Below, piece by piece: positions 19,431 through 28,278 of a stretch of 32,000 nt of DNA. Each line of letters starts with the position of its first letter. The stretch's first letter is position 1. The notes beneath the pieces are model-generated. The model saw only the letters and a list, made by a program, of their open reading frames with translations, did no database searches and was not told the origin of the DNA. The translations under genes and the position numbers were made by a program. This DNA is from Blochmannia endosymbiont of Camponotus modoc (GTDB taxonomy: Bacteria > Pseudomonadota > Gammaproteobacteria > Enterobacterales > Enterobacteriaceae). Location of the stretch: NCBI RefSeq assembly GCF_023585785.1, contig NZ_CP097765.1, positions 630,001 through 662,000 on the forward strand, given 5' to 3'.

Positions 19431-19504
19431 GCGTTCGTAGCTCAACTGGACAGAGCATCGCCCTCCGGAGGCGAAGGTTTCAGGTTCAAATCCTGTCGGA
19501 CGCG
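19431..19504 (+). tRNA. argX: tRNA-Arg (anticodon CCG)
   Basis: GCG..CGTAGCTCA.CTGGA.AGAGC...GCCCTCCGGAGGC.AAGGT.TCAGGTTC.AATCCTGTCGG.CGCG closely matches E. coli argX. It is the first of four tRNAs in the argX-hisR-leuT-proM order. Confidence 0.95.
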
Positions 19505-19547
19505 TTGATTTATTTAAATTTTTATGAAAAAATTGAAGCTGATCGAT

Positions 19548-19621
19548 GGTGATTGTAGCTCAGTTGGTAGAGCTCTGGATTGTGGTTCCAGAAGTCGTGG
19601 GTTCGAATCCCATCAATCACC
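19548..19621 (+). tRNA. hisR: tRNA-His (anticodon GUG, with the extra G-1)
   Basis: G-GTGATTGTAGCTCAGTTGGTAGAGC.CTGGATTGTG.TTCCAG..GTCGTGGGTTCGAATCCCAT.A..CACC has G-1 opposite C73, as is typical of tRNA-His. Confidence 0.95.
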
Positions 19622-19643
19622 CATTCAAAATAAATGACATAAA

Positions 19644-19729
19644 GCGAAGGTGGCGGAATAGGAAGACGCACTAACTTCAGGAGTTAGTGTCTTGATCAAG
19701 ACGTGAGGGTTCAAATCCCTTCCTTCGCA
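19644..19729 (+). tRNA. leuT: tRNA-Leu (anticodon CAG, long variable arm)
   Basis: GCGAAGGTGGCGGAAT.GG.AGACGC.CTA.CTTCAGG.GTTAGTGTC......GACGTG.GGGTTCAA.TCCC..CCTTCGCA is 86 nt long and has a class II variable arm. Confidence 0.95.
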
Positions 19730-19846
19730 GAAAAATAATTATTATTGTATCGCAAATAAAATGATTGATTATTAGCATTTCAATATTCTTCAATGGAAGA
19801 TATATATAATATAATACGAAAAAATTATATGCAAATCAGAAAGCAT

Positions 19847-19920
19847 CGGCGAGTGGCGCAGCTTGGTAGCGCTCCTGGTTTGGGACCAGGAGGTCGGAGG
19901 TTCAAATCCTCTCTCGCCGA
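19847..19920 (+). tRNA. proM: tRNA-Pro (anticodon UGG)
   Basis: CGGCGAGT.GCGCAGCTTGGTAGCGC..CTGGTTTGGGACCAG..GGTCGGAGGTTC.AATCCTCTCTCGCCGA is near-identical to E. coli proM. Confidence 0.95.
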
Positions 19921-20033
19921 TTCCTATAAACTATATTGAGAGAGATTAAGTATTTTTGTTATTGCATTTTTTAAAACTTTTATATGTGTTTATAGAAGTA
20001 ATTATTTGCATATGAATTTAGAATGTTCATAAA

Positions 20034-20783
20034 TTATGAATTCTTAATCAAAATATGAGTTAGTACCTCATTGTTTGCTGACCGCGCTATAATAATATCT
20101 GTCCAACCTAAACGTCTAGCTAATTTAGCTAGACGCACACTTACCACGATTAATTTACATCGTATTAACCAAGATGTACGATAAGATTCAGGAATTAAAT
20201 AATATAGGTGTTGCAATATTTCCCCAGAAGTAACTACTACTATTTTAATATTCAATTCTAATAGCTTAGATGATTGTTCTTCTCTATCATACCGCAACGG
20301 TTGTCTAGTATAACATTCGCAGGACGCAACAAACACTCCTCTTCTTTGGAGAGTGTTGTCTAAAATAGTACGTCCATTATTTCCTCTCAGAATAAGAGCG
20401 CGCTTTCCATAACTATACATTAGTTCAGGTAATTGTAATAAATTTTCACTAGTTTCCTGGATTGTAGGATATTTCACTAATATTCCTGATAACTTGTACA
20501 TCATTACACTAGTTGCATAACCAATGGAATAATATGCTAATTTGGTAGGCCAAGATATTCCTATGTCAAGTAATTGATTATGAGCATATTTAATTGCATG
20601 CTGCGATATAATGCACAAAAAATCTCCTTCAGAAAGTAGATTTAATTTCTGTTCTAATGCACATAATTCTTTTCCTGTAGAAAAGTAAATCAATGGCAAA
20701 TGATATGCAAATTTACCAAAAGAAAGTAATTTATTTACCAATTGCTCTCCATATGGAGAAGGACGAGTAATTAAAATATTCAT
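20034..20783 (-). CDS. hemD: Uroporphyrinogen-III synthase
   Basis: The 249-aa ORF is collinear with E. coli HemD (246 aa). Shared blocks include ILVTRPSP.GE.LV..L, S.HA, LLQLPEL, GKRALILRGN.GR, C.CY.R, VVVTSGE.L..L, LIVVS.RLAKLAR.LGW.DI. It sits immediately downstream of hemC, as in the hemCD operon. Confidence 0.9.
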   Translation of the reverse strand: MNILITRPSPYGEQLVNKLLSFGKFAYHLPLIYFSTGKELCALEQKLNLLSEGDFLCIISQHAIKYAHNQLLDIGISWPTKLAYYSIGYATSVMMYKLSGILVKYPTIQETSENLLQLPELMYSYGKRALILRGNNGRTILDNTLQRRGVFVASCECYTRQPLRYDREEQSSKLLELNIKIVVVTSGEILQHLYYLIPESYRTSWLIRCKLIVVSVRLAKLARRLGWTDIIIARSANNEVLTHILIKNS

Positions 20784-20828
20784 AATTGTTAATTCGATAC
20801 ATGATTAAATTAACCAAATAAAAACATG

Positions 20829-21731
20829 TTATCGTTTAAACTTAATTAATAAATCTTCAGCAAGGATAAAACCTAATTTTTCTGCTTGATCTAAAGGCGC
20901 TCTTCCTTCAGTACGAGTAATCTTGCTACCATCAGGTAATCCAATAAGCGCTCGTAGCCATATTTGATCCTCTTCAATTTCAGCATAACTAGCAATTGGT
21001 AAGTGACAATAACTTTCCAAATAAGTAGTAACAGCGCGCTCTGCCCTGACACGAAATGAGGTTTCTTGATGATATAATGGCGATAATAAGGATAAAATAT
21101 CAGCATTATCCGAACGGCATTCAATGGCTATAACACCTTGTCCCATTGCTGGTAATAGATCGGACGGATCAATATAAACACGAATGTACTCATGTAACTG
21201 TAATCGTTGTAATCCAGCTACAGCTAAAACTATTGCATCATATTGTCCATATTGTAATTTTTTTAATCTAGTATCTATATTACCTCGTAAGTTACTGACT
21301 ACTAGATCTGGGCGCTGCGCTCGTATTTGACATTGTCTACGTAAACTTGATGTACCTATTGTACTACCAATAGGTAACGTATCTATGTTAGGGTATTTTA
21401 AACTAACAAAAGCATCACGTGGATCATTGCGTTTACATAAAACTGGAAGAGTTAATTCATGCGGTAAAGGTACTGTAATATCTTTCATAGAATGCACAGC
21501 AATATCGGCACGAAAGTTTATTAATGCATGTTCTAATTCTTTAATAAATGCACCTTTTTTGATTTTATTTTTTGCATTAATATTTAAAAATTTATCTCCT
21601 GTTGTTACAATAGGTATTAACTCTATGCTTAATGTTGGATGATAACGTTTTAATTCATCATAAACATATTGAGCTTGACAAATAGCAAGTTGACTTTTTC
21701 GTGTAGCAATTTTTAAAATTTTAGTTTTCAT
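20829..21731 (-). CDS. hemC: Porphobilinogen deaminase (hydroxymethylbilane synthase)
   Basis: The 300-aa ORF is collinear with E. coli HemC. Shared blocks include IATR.S.LA..QA.YV, ADIAVHSMKD, R.DPRDAFVS, GTSSLRRQCQ, RPDL....LRGN..TRL.KL..G.YDAI.LAVAGL.RL and GQG...IECR. The cofactor-binding Cys context (C..PI.SYAE) and IWLRAL.G.PDGS are also present. Confidence 0.94.
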   Translation of the reverse strand: MKTKILKIATRKSQLAICQAQYVYDELKRYHPTLSIELIPIVTTGDKFLNINAKNKIKKGAFIKELEHALINFRADIAVHSMKDITVPLPHELTLPVLCKRNDPRDAFVSLKYPNIDTLPIGSTIGTSSLRRQCQIRAQRPDLVVSNLRGNIDTRLKKLQYGQYDAIVLAVAGLQRLQLHEYIRVYIDPSDLLPAMGQGVIAIECRSDNADILSLLSPLYHQETSFRVRAERAVTTYLESYCHLPIASYAEIEEDQIWLRALIGLPDGSKITRTEGRAPLDQAEKLGFILAEDLLIKFKR

Positions 21732-22798
21732 CAGTATAATTATGCCAAGACAATATGATTGTAATCTTTAATTAATTTAAATGTTTTTATATAACTATAT
21801 TGTAAGAGACCTTTGTTAAAAAATTTGTAAGATAAATAAATGTTTATTGCTTTAATTAATTTTAATTATTTTTTATAATTAAGTAATAAAAGTAATATGT
21901 TGCGTTCAGATTCTTAATCTTTATACAATTAAAACGTTTTAAGTAAATCATCAGCAGTTTTGTGGCGATATTGTATATCGTATACAATTATAGTATTTTG
22001 ATATTTAAAAAATTAATACTTAAATAAATATTATCTTCGATAAGTTATAGAAAAAGTTTTTTTGTATATTATCGCTTATAGTATTTCAATACTATCACAT
22101 TTAAAATTTTAATTTTTTATTATGTTTTTATAAATATTGAAAATAAAAAATTTTGTATAAAATGATTTGATTATTATTAATTACAAAATCTGTCTCATTT
22201 ATTTACATATGATACTTTAATGATTGATGAAAATAAAGAAGGTAACAGGTATTAATAATTCTGTGCATATAGATTATTCAGTATTTTTAGTTATTTAAAG
22301 TATTATCATTTTTGTTGTAATAGTTTAAAAGGATACTTTTTATAAAAAAGTGTACTGCTATAAACAATGATATTTTTATTTTAAATAAGAATATACCTTT
22401 ATTGATCATTGCAATGATAATCATCATTATGATTATTAAAAATTAATTTCAATAGATATATCAATTGTTATATAAAATTTATAAAATCTAAATAAATAAT
22501 TAAAAAGATAAACATTATAAAGTGTTTTTTTGTAAAGATGTTATGATGATCAAATAGATGTAAATCATTTTTAATTTGTTATTATCCAAAAGATATTTTC
22601 TAAACAGTATGAGCTATGTTCTTTTTTTCTATAATATAAGCAATGTTTTTATGTATTCTATTTTACAATGTAATCAAAAGTATTTGTATTTCTTTCAGAT
22701 GCTGCAATAAATATAATAAAATCAATAATAGTTGAGCGTAATACAATATTAAAACCATTTCCAAAGATCAGTGATGTGTGATGCTATGTGAGGAAGGT

Positions 22799-23623
22799 AT
22801 GCGATTTACCAAAATGAATGGGTTGGGCAATGACTTTGTCATCATAGATGCTATCACTCAAAATATACATCTTACTTCTGAAAATATCAGATATTTATCA
22901 AATCGATGTTATGGGGTTGGCTTTGATCAATTGTTAATAGTAGAACCTCCTTATGATCCAACAATAGATTTTCATTGTCGAATTTATAATGCGGACGGAA
23001 CGGAAGTAAATCAATGTGGTAATGGTATACGTTGTGTTGCGCAATTTGTCTGTTTAAAAAAATTAACTAATAAACAAAACATTCATATTAGTACCCGCAC
23101 TAATCGTATAATATTATCTATTATGAATGGCAATCGTGTATCTGTTAATATGGGGTCACCTATTTTTGATCCAAAACTTATTCCGTTTTATACATCACAA
23201 TATCAAAAAACTTATATTTTATTTTTGCCTACACAAGTAATACTATGTGGTGTAGTATCTATGGGTAATCCTCATTGTATTATTTTATCAGAAAAAATAG
23301 AAAACATCCAAGTTACTGCATTAGGGTCGGCATTAGAAGATCATCATTGTTTTCCAGAACGAGTCAATGTAAGTTTTATGCAAATTATTAACTGTAGTAA
23401 TATTCGATTACGAGTATATGAGCGCGGCGTAGGGGAAACGCAAGCTTGTGGAACTGCCGCTTGTGCGGCAGTTGCCGTAGGTATTCAACAGGGGTTATTA
23501 TATGAATCAGTAAACGTAATCTTACCTGGAGGTACTATATCAGTAAATTGGAAAGGGGCAAGTAATGCATTGTACATGACTGGATCAACGTCTTATGTAT
23601 ATGATGGATACATCAATTTATAA
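22799..23623 (+). CDS. dapF: Diaminopimelate epimerase
   Basis: From the ATG at 22799, which is preceded by AGGAAGG, the 274-aa product has the same length as E. coli DapF and is collinear with it. Shared blocks include M.F.KM.GLGNDF...DA.TQN, GVGFDQLL.VEPPYDP..DFH.RI.NADG.EV.QCGNG.RC, CGVVSMGNPHC, FPER.N..FMQ, IRLRVYERG.GETQACG..ACAAVAVGIQQGLL, LYMTG....VYDG.I.L. The GTG-initiated 5' extension in the track (22778) has no homology. Confidence 0.95.
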   Translation: MRFTKMNGLGNDFVIIDAITQNIHLTSENIRYLSNRCYGVGFDQLLIVEPPYDPTIDFHCRIYNADGTEVNQCGNGIRCVAQFVCLKKLTNKQNIHISTRTNRIILSIMNGNRVSVNMGSPIFDPKLIPFYTSQYQKTYILFLPTQVILCGVVSMGNPHCIILSEKIENIQVTALGSALEDHHCFPERVNVSFMQIINCSNIRLRVYERGVGETQACGTAACAAVAVGIQQGLLYESVNVILPGGTISVNWKGASNALYMTGSTSYVYDGYINL

Positions 23624-23795
23624 ACATACAATAAATCCACCAAAAATGTTTTACTGTTTTTAACTCACGCGTTTTATATTGAAACTTTATTTAGTATTTA
23701 ATTTTTATGCATTATATCCATATAATGCAGTGAGTATATACATGTTTCATTGAAAAAACAACGATTGTAATTTCATGACATTAAAGGTATAAATT

Positions 23796-24512
23796 ATGCA
23801 TGTTTACCGTACATTACAGCCTTTTCATGCTATAACTTTAGATTTAGATAACACATTATATGATAATTATCCAGTAATAAATCGTGCCGAAGAAAAGTCA
23901 ATATTGTTTTTGCAACAATATCATCCCGCATTATCTAAAATACAAAACAGGGATTATTATCAATCGCGTAAAATGCTTCAATGTATAGAACCAAATATTT
24001 GTCATGATGTAAATTATTGGCGTTGGAAATCTTTAAAGATAATTTTATTACAATCAGGATTAACTAAAAATGAAGCACAATTAGGCGCTGATTACGCTAT
24101 GGAAATTATTATACATTGGCGCAACAAAATCGATATTTCTCTTAGTACACATAATGTATTATCAGCATTAAGTTCTAAATGGCCATTAATTGCAATTACT
24201 AATGGTAATGCGAATCCTATTTCTTGTGGATTACAACAATATTTTCAAGATGTACTACGTGCTGGAATTAATGGTCGTGCTAAACCTTATAAAGATATGT
24301 ATTATTTAGCTTCGAAGCGTTTTGGAATATCTTGTAAAAATATTCTACATGTGGGAGATGATTTGCATACAGATATAAAAGGAGCAATACATGCTGGGAT
24401 GCAGGCTTGTTGGATTAGTCAATATAACTTAAATCAATTTTTTTCAGTTGATGCAACACTGTTACCACATTTGAAAATTTCAAAATTAATGTCATTAACA
24501 TATTTATTATAA
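23796..24512 (+). CDS. yigB: HAD-superfamily phosphatase YigB (5-amino-6-(5-phospho-D-ribitylamino)uracil phosphatase family)
   Basis: The 238-aa ORF has the same length as E. coli YigB and is collinear with it. Shared blocks include the HAD motif I region LDLDNTLYDN.PVI (E. coli FDLDDTLYDNRPVI), YHPAL, KWPL.AITNGNA, VLRAG..GR.KP..DMY.LA, ILHVGDDL.TD..GAI..GMQACWI and LLPHL.IS.L.SLT.L. Confidence 0.9.
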   Translation: MHVYRTLQPFHAITLDLDNTLYDNYPVINRAEEKSILFLQQYHPALSKIQNRDYYQSRKMLQCIEPNICHDVNYWRWKSLKIILLQSGLTKNEAQLGADYAMEIIIHWRNKIDISLSTHNVLSALSSKWPLIAITNGNANPISCGLQQYFQDVLRAGINGRAKPYKDMYYLASKRFGISCKNILHVGDDLHTDIKGAIHAGMQACWISQYNLNQFFSVDATLLPHLKISKLMSLTYLL

Positions 24513-24576
24513 ATGTTAATATTGTGTTGAATTTATATATCTATAGACAATTATTTACTATGTGTTGTAATATTTT

Positions 24577-26507
24577 ATGAATGTTTATAACATTCTTGAT
24601 CAATTAAATGATAAACAACAAGAAGCGGTAACTTCTAATGATCAAAATATATTGGTGTTATCTGGAGCTGGTAGCGGAAAAACTCGAGCATTAGTTAATC
24701 GCATTCTCTGGCTACAATTAGTAAAAAAATATACACCATGGTCAATAATGGCTATTACTTTTACGAATAAAGCTACTTCAGTAATGTGAAATCGTATACA
24801 ATTCTTAATTGGTGTTTAAAAAAAGTGATTTATGGATTAGTACTTTTCACGGATTAGCAAATCGGTTACTATGCGTTCATTACGTAGATGCAAATTTACC
24901 AAAAAATTTTCAAATCTTCGATAACAACGATCAAATTCAACTTTTGCAACAATTAATACGCTCACTAAACTTAAATGAAAACAAGTATAGCGTATACAAG
25001 CTATGCATTATATCAATAGTGAGAAAAATAAGATTCCAGATATTCCAAATATAAATATTAATAGCAATTCAATAAAAATGACATGGTTCCGAATTTATCA
25101 GTCTTATCAAGACATATGTAATCGTTCTGGATTAATAGATTTTAATGAATTATTGAAACGCGCATATATGTTATGTTTAAATTATCCGAATATTTTACAT
25201 TATTATCAAAAACGATTTGTTAATATTTTAGTGGATGAATTTCAAGATACTAATACGGTGTAATATGCTTGGTTACGTCTTTTATCAGGAGAAAATAATA
25301 ATTTAATGATTGTTGGCGATGATGATCAATCTATTTATGGTTGGAGAGGAGCGCAAATAAAAAATTTTCAATGATTTTTAGAAGATTTTACACGTGTACG
25401 GATTATTACATTAGAACAGAATTATCGCTCTACTAATAATATTTTAAGAGCTGCCAATACTCTCATTTGTAAAAACGACACACGTTTCAAGAAAAATTTA
25501 TGGACATGTAAAAATAAAGGAGATGCTATTTTTCTTTATTGTGTTCCTAATGTAATAGGTAAAGGCTATGTTTGTGAAAAATCATCTAATAGATTGAAAA
25601 AAAACGACATGGTTTGCTAAATGAGTACGCTATTTTATATCGAAATAATTTTCAATCTCATTTATTAGAAGAAATTTTATTAAAAAAAATATACCTTATT
25701 ACATACATGGAGGAATAGGATTTTTTTTGAACGCAAAGAAATTAGAGATATTATATCATAGCTTATTTAAAATTTATTGTTAATCAGAATAATGACACTG
25801 CTTATATGCAAATCATCAACACACTTAATAGAGGAATTGGTCAACGTACTTTAGAAGTTATTAAAAAATACGCTAATTTAAATCACTTGAGCTTCCGGGA
25901 AAGTAGCTTATTTATTTCAAAAAAAATTATTAAAGAAAGATCTGCTATTGCTCTAAAACAATTTATTATATTGATAGATTCTTTAAAAAATTACATGCCC
26001 ATCATATTGCCCTTGTATGAACAAATTTTTTATATTATTAGGAAGGTCGGATTATGGAATATGTATTAAAAATATATCAGCACCAACATATTGTGAACGC
26101 ATACAAAATATTGAAGAGTTTATAGCAATGAGTAAGCAATATAGTATGCTATCAGCATCAACGGTAAATACATATCCATTACAACAATTTTTATCGTATA
26201 TTTTTTTTAGAATTTGAAGAAAATTTATCTAGAACTTATTTAGATGCAAGTACAACTCATGACGCTACATGCTTCAAAAGGATTAGAATTTTCCAAAGTA
26301 GGGATTTGTTCAAATTATGTTTCTTTAACTAATAAAGAATTATTAGAAGAAGAACGTAGATTAATTTATGTCGGCATCACACATGCTATGCATACATTAA
26401 TAATTAGTTATTCAGAAACTCGTTATATTTACGGAAAAGAGATGATCATGCAATCACCATCTAGATTTGTTAATGAATTACCGATAGATTGTTTAAAAGT
26501 ATGTTGA
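24577..26507 (+). pseudogene. uvrD: DNA helicase II (UvrD) pseudogene, disrupted by at least 3 in-frame nonsense codons and about 8 frameshifts
   Basis: Seven ORF fragments plus the untracked stretch between them together tile E. coli UvrD in order. The tiled blocks are LNDKQ.EAV...LVL.GAGSGKTR.LV.RI.WL, SIMA.TFTNKA, TFHGLA.RLL...DANLP..FQI.D, YINS.K, NILVDEFQDTN, YAW.RLL...[107 protein letters not shown] and Y.ETR..YGKE....PSRF..ELP. Verified in-frame stops are TGA 24787-24789, TAA 25261-25263 and TGA 25372-25374. Confidence 0.92.
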
Positions 26508-26966
26508 TGTCACTCATCAAGAGTGAAGCCCTTTTATTCGTATAAACTTATATTGCTATTTTATTGAATTTTCAGAGAGTTATTAATCTAATCCTCATTA
26601 GAATTATTATATAATACAAATGTATCTATATTATTATTAAAAATATTTATAAATATTGACAATCTTTTTATTCTAGGCGTAACATGCCCGCTCTAATCTG
26701 CAGATTGTACTTATAATGTCTCAGTGAATAACATCTAACCGAGTATTTAAATAACTATCATAATTGAATTATATTTATTACCAAATAAATAAAAACTTTA
26801 CGAATTATTTGTACGTCATAAATATTTGATACGCAATGACGATCGTTTATAGCTATTTTGTCATGTTGTCGAAATTACATGGCATGAAAATGGCTATTTA
26901 TTATCTAATTTTATTTATTGTGATCTAATGTAGATTAATTTGTATTTTTTGAGGAAGCAATGATAT

Positions 26967-27911
26967 ATGTATAATATATTTCAATTAAAAAATAATCATT
27001 TATTTCGTATTAATGAAAAAGATAAAATATCATTTTTAAGTAATATTATTTGGATTGATATAATAGATTCACGTGGCGATGGGCATAATTATATACCAAA
27101 CATTTTGCTTCACCAAAAAATAAAATTTTTTGAACTGAAAGACATTAACAAGACTACACGTTTTTTTAAAGATAAAAATGGATTACATATTCATTCTTTT
27201 TTCTTTTCATATAATAGCCAAGAAAAAATAGATAACTCTAGTGTATTCTTTACCATCCATAATGGATGTCTATATACTTCGCGTAAAAAAGAATTTCCAG
27301 TATTTTGTATGTATCAAAAATATTTGCATAACCATTTGTTAATTAATGGAAATGCCTATGAATTATTATTAAATTTATTTGAGGTAAAACTTGATGACCT
27401 ATCAAATAAAATAGAACATATTTATTCTACTTTAGAAACATTGAGTTCTGTTATTATGAACGGACAACAAATCGATGAATACGATCATGCGCTTTCTGAT
27501 TTAGCTATATTGGAGAATATAGGGTGGAAAATTCGTGTTAATTTATTAGATACTGAAAGAGCAATAAAATTTTTAATACGTAAAGTAAAATTACCTGTAT
27601 CACAACAACAATATGCTAACGATATTTTAAGTGAAATCACATTGTTATTACCTCATAATGAATATGTATTTCATCAAATAAGTTCTTTAACCCAATCAGC
27701 AATGGGATTTATTAATATTGAACAAAATAGAATTATAAAAATTTTCTCAGTTATTTTTTTACCTCCAACTTTAATTGCATCTAGCTATGGAATGAATTTT
27801 AAATTTATGCCAGAATTACAATGGTCATTTGGTTATCCTAGTGCCATTATTTTAATGATTCTATCAGGACTTGCTCCATACATCTATTTCAAATATAAAA
27901 ATTGGCTATAA
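26967..27911 (+). CDS. corA: Magnesium/cobalt transport protein CorA
   Basis: The 314-aa ORF is collinear with E. coli CorA (316 aa). Shared blocks include FQL.[31 protein letters not shown].L...IE.IYS.LE.LS.VIM.G.Q.DEYD.ALS.LA.LE.IGWK.R, LLPHNE and [18 protein letters not shown]. The YGMNF signature, MPEL.WSFGYP and the YFK.KNWL ending are also present. Confidence 0.95.
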   Translation: [314 protein letters not shown]

Positions 27912-28278
27912 ATATCATAAATATAATTACAGTACATATATAATTTTCTAAAAAAATACTAATTTAATTAATATTAAATGTTTTGAAATTATATTTTCAT
28001 ATATATTTCAGCGCAAAGATACGATAAAAACTCAGTACATTTGAAAATTATTTATATTCATTTTCATATAATAAACTTATAAAATATTTGTAATAATAAT
28101 TAAATTTTATGCTTAAAAATTTTATTATATTTAATATACTGAAAAATTCATTCAATAAATTATTATTTAATAATAATGTCTATGATATATCAATTTTTGT
28201 TGATATTATGTCGTAATATATTGATATAATAACGGTTATTTTTGCTACATTTTAACAAAAAACAAAGCGAGGTAATAA

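Noticed and set aside
22778-22798. A GTG-initiated 7-codon extension of dapF.
   Set aside because: E. coli DapF aligns from the ATG at 22799 (MRFTKM versus MQFSKM), giving an identical protein length, and AGGAAGG sits at the correct distance from that ATG.
24577-26507. The seven separate ORFs (70-87 aa each) could have been annotated as small independent genes.
   Set aside because: Placed in order they reconstruct a single UvrD helicase, and no fragment contains a complete domain. I annotated the locus as one pseudogene instead.
26695-26706. A 12-bp perfect palindrome AATCTGCAGATT in a slightly GC-richer island upstream of corA.
   Set aside because: By my rough estimate, 6-bp-arm palindromes are expected many times per 32 kb at this base composition, and there is no supporting context.
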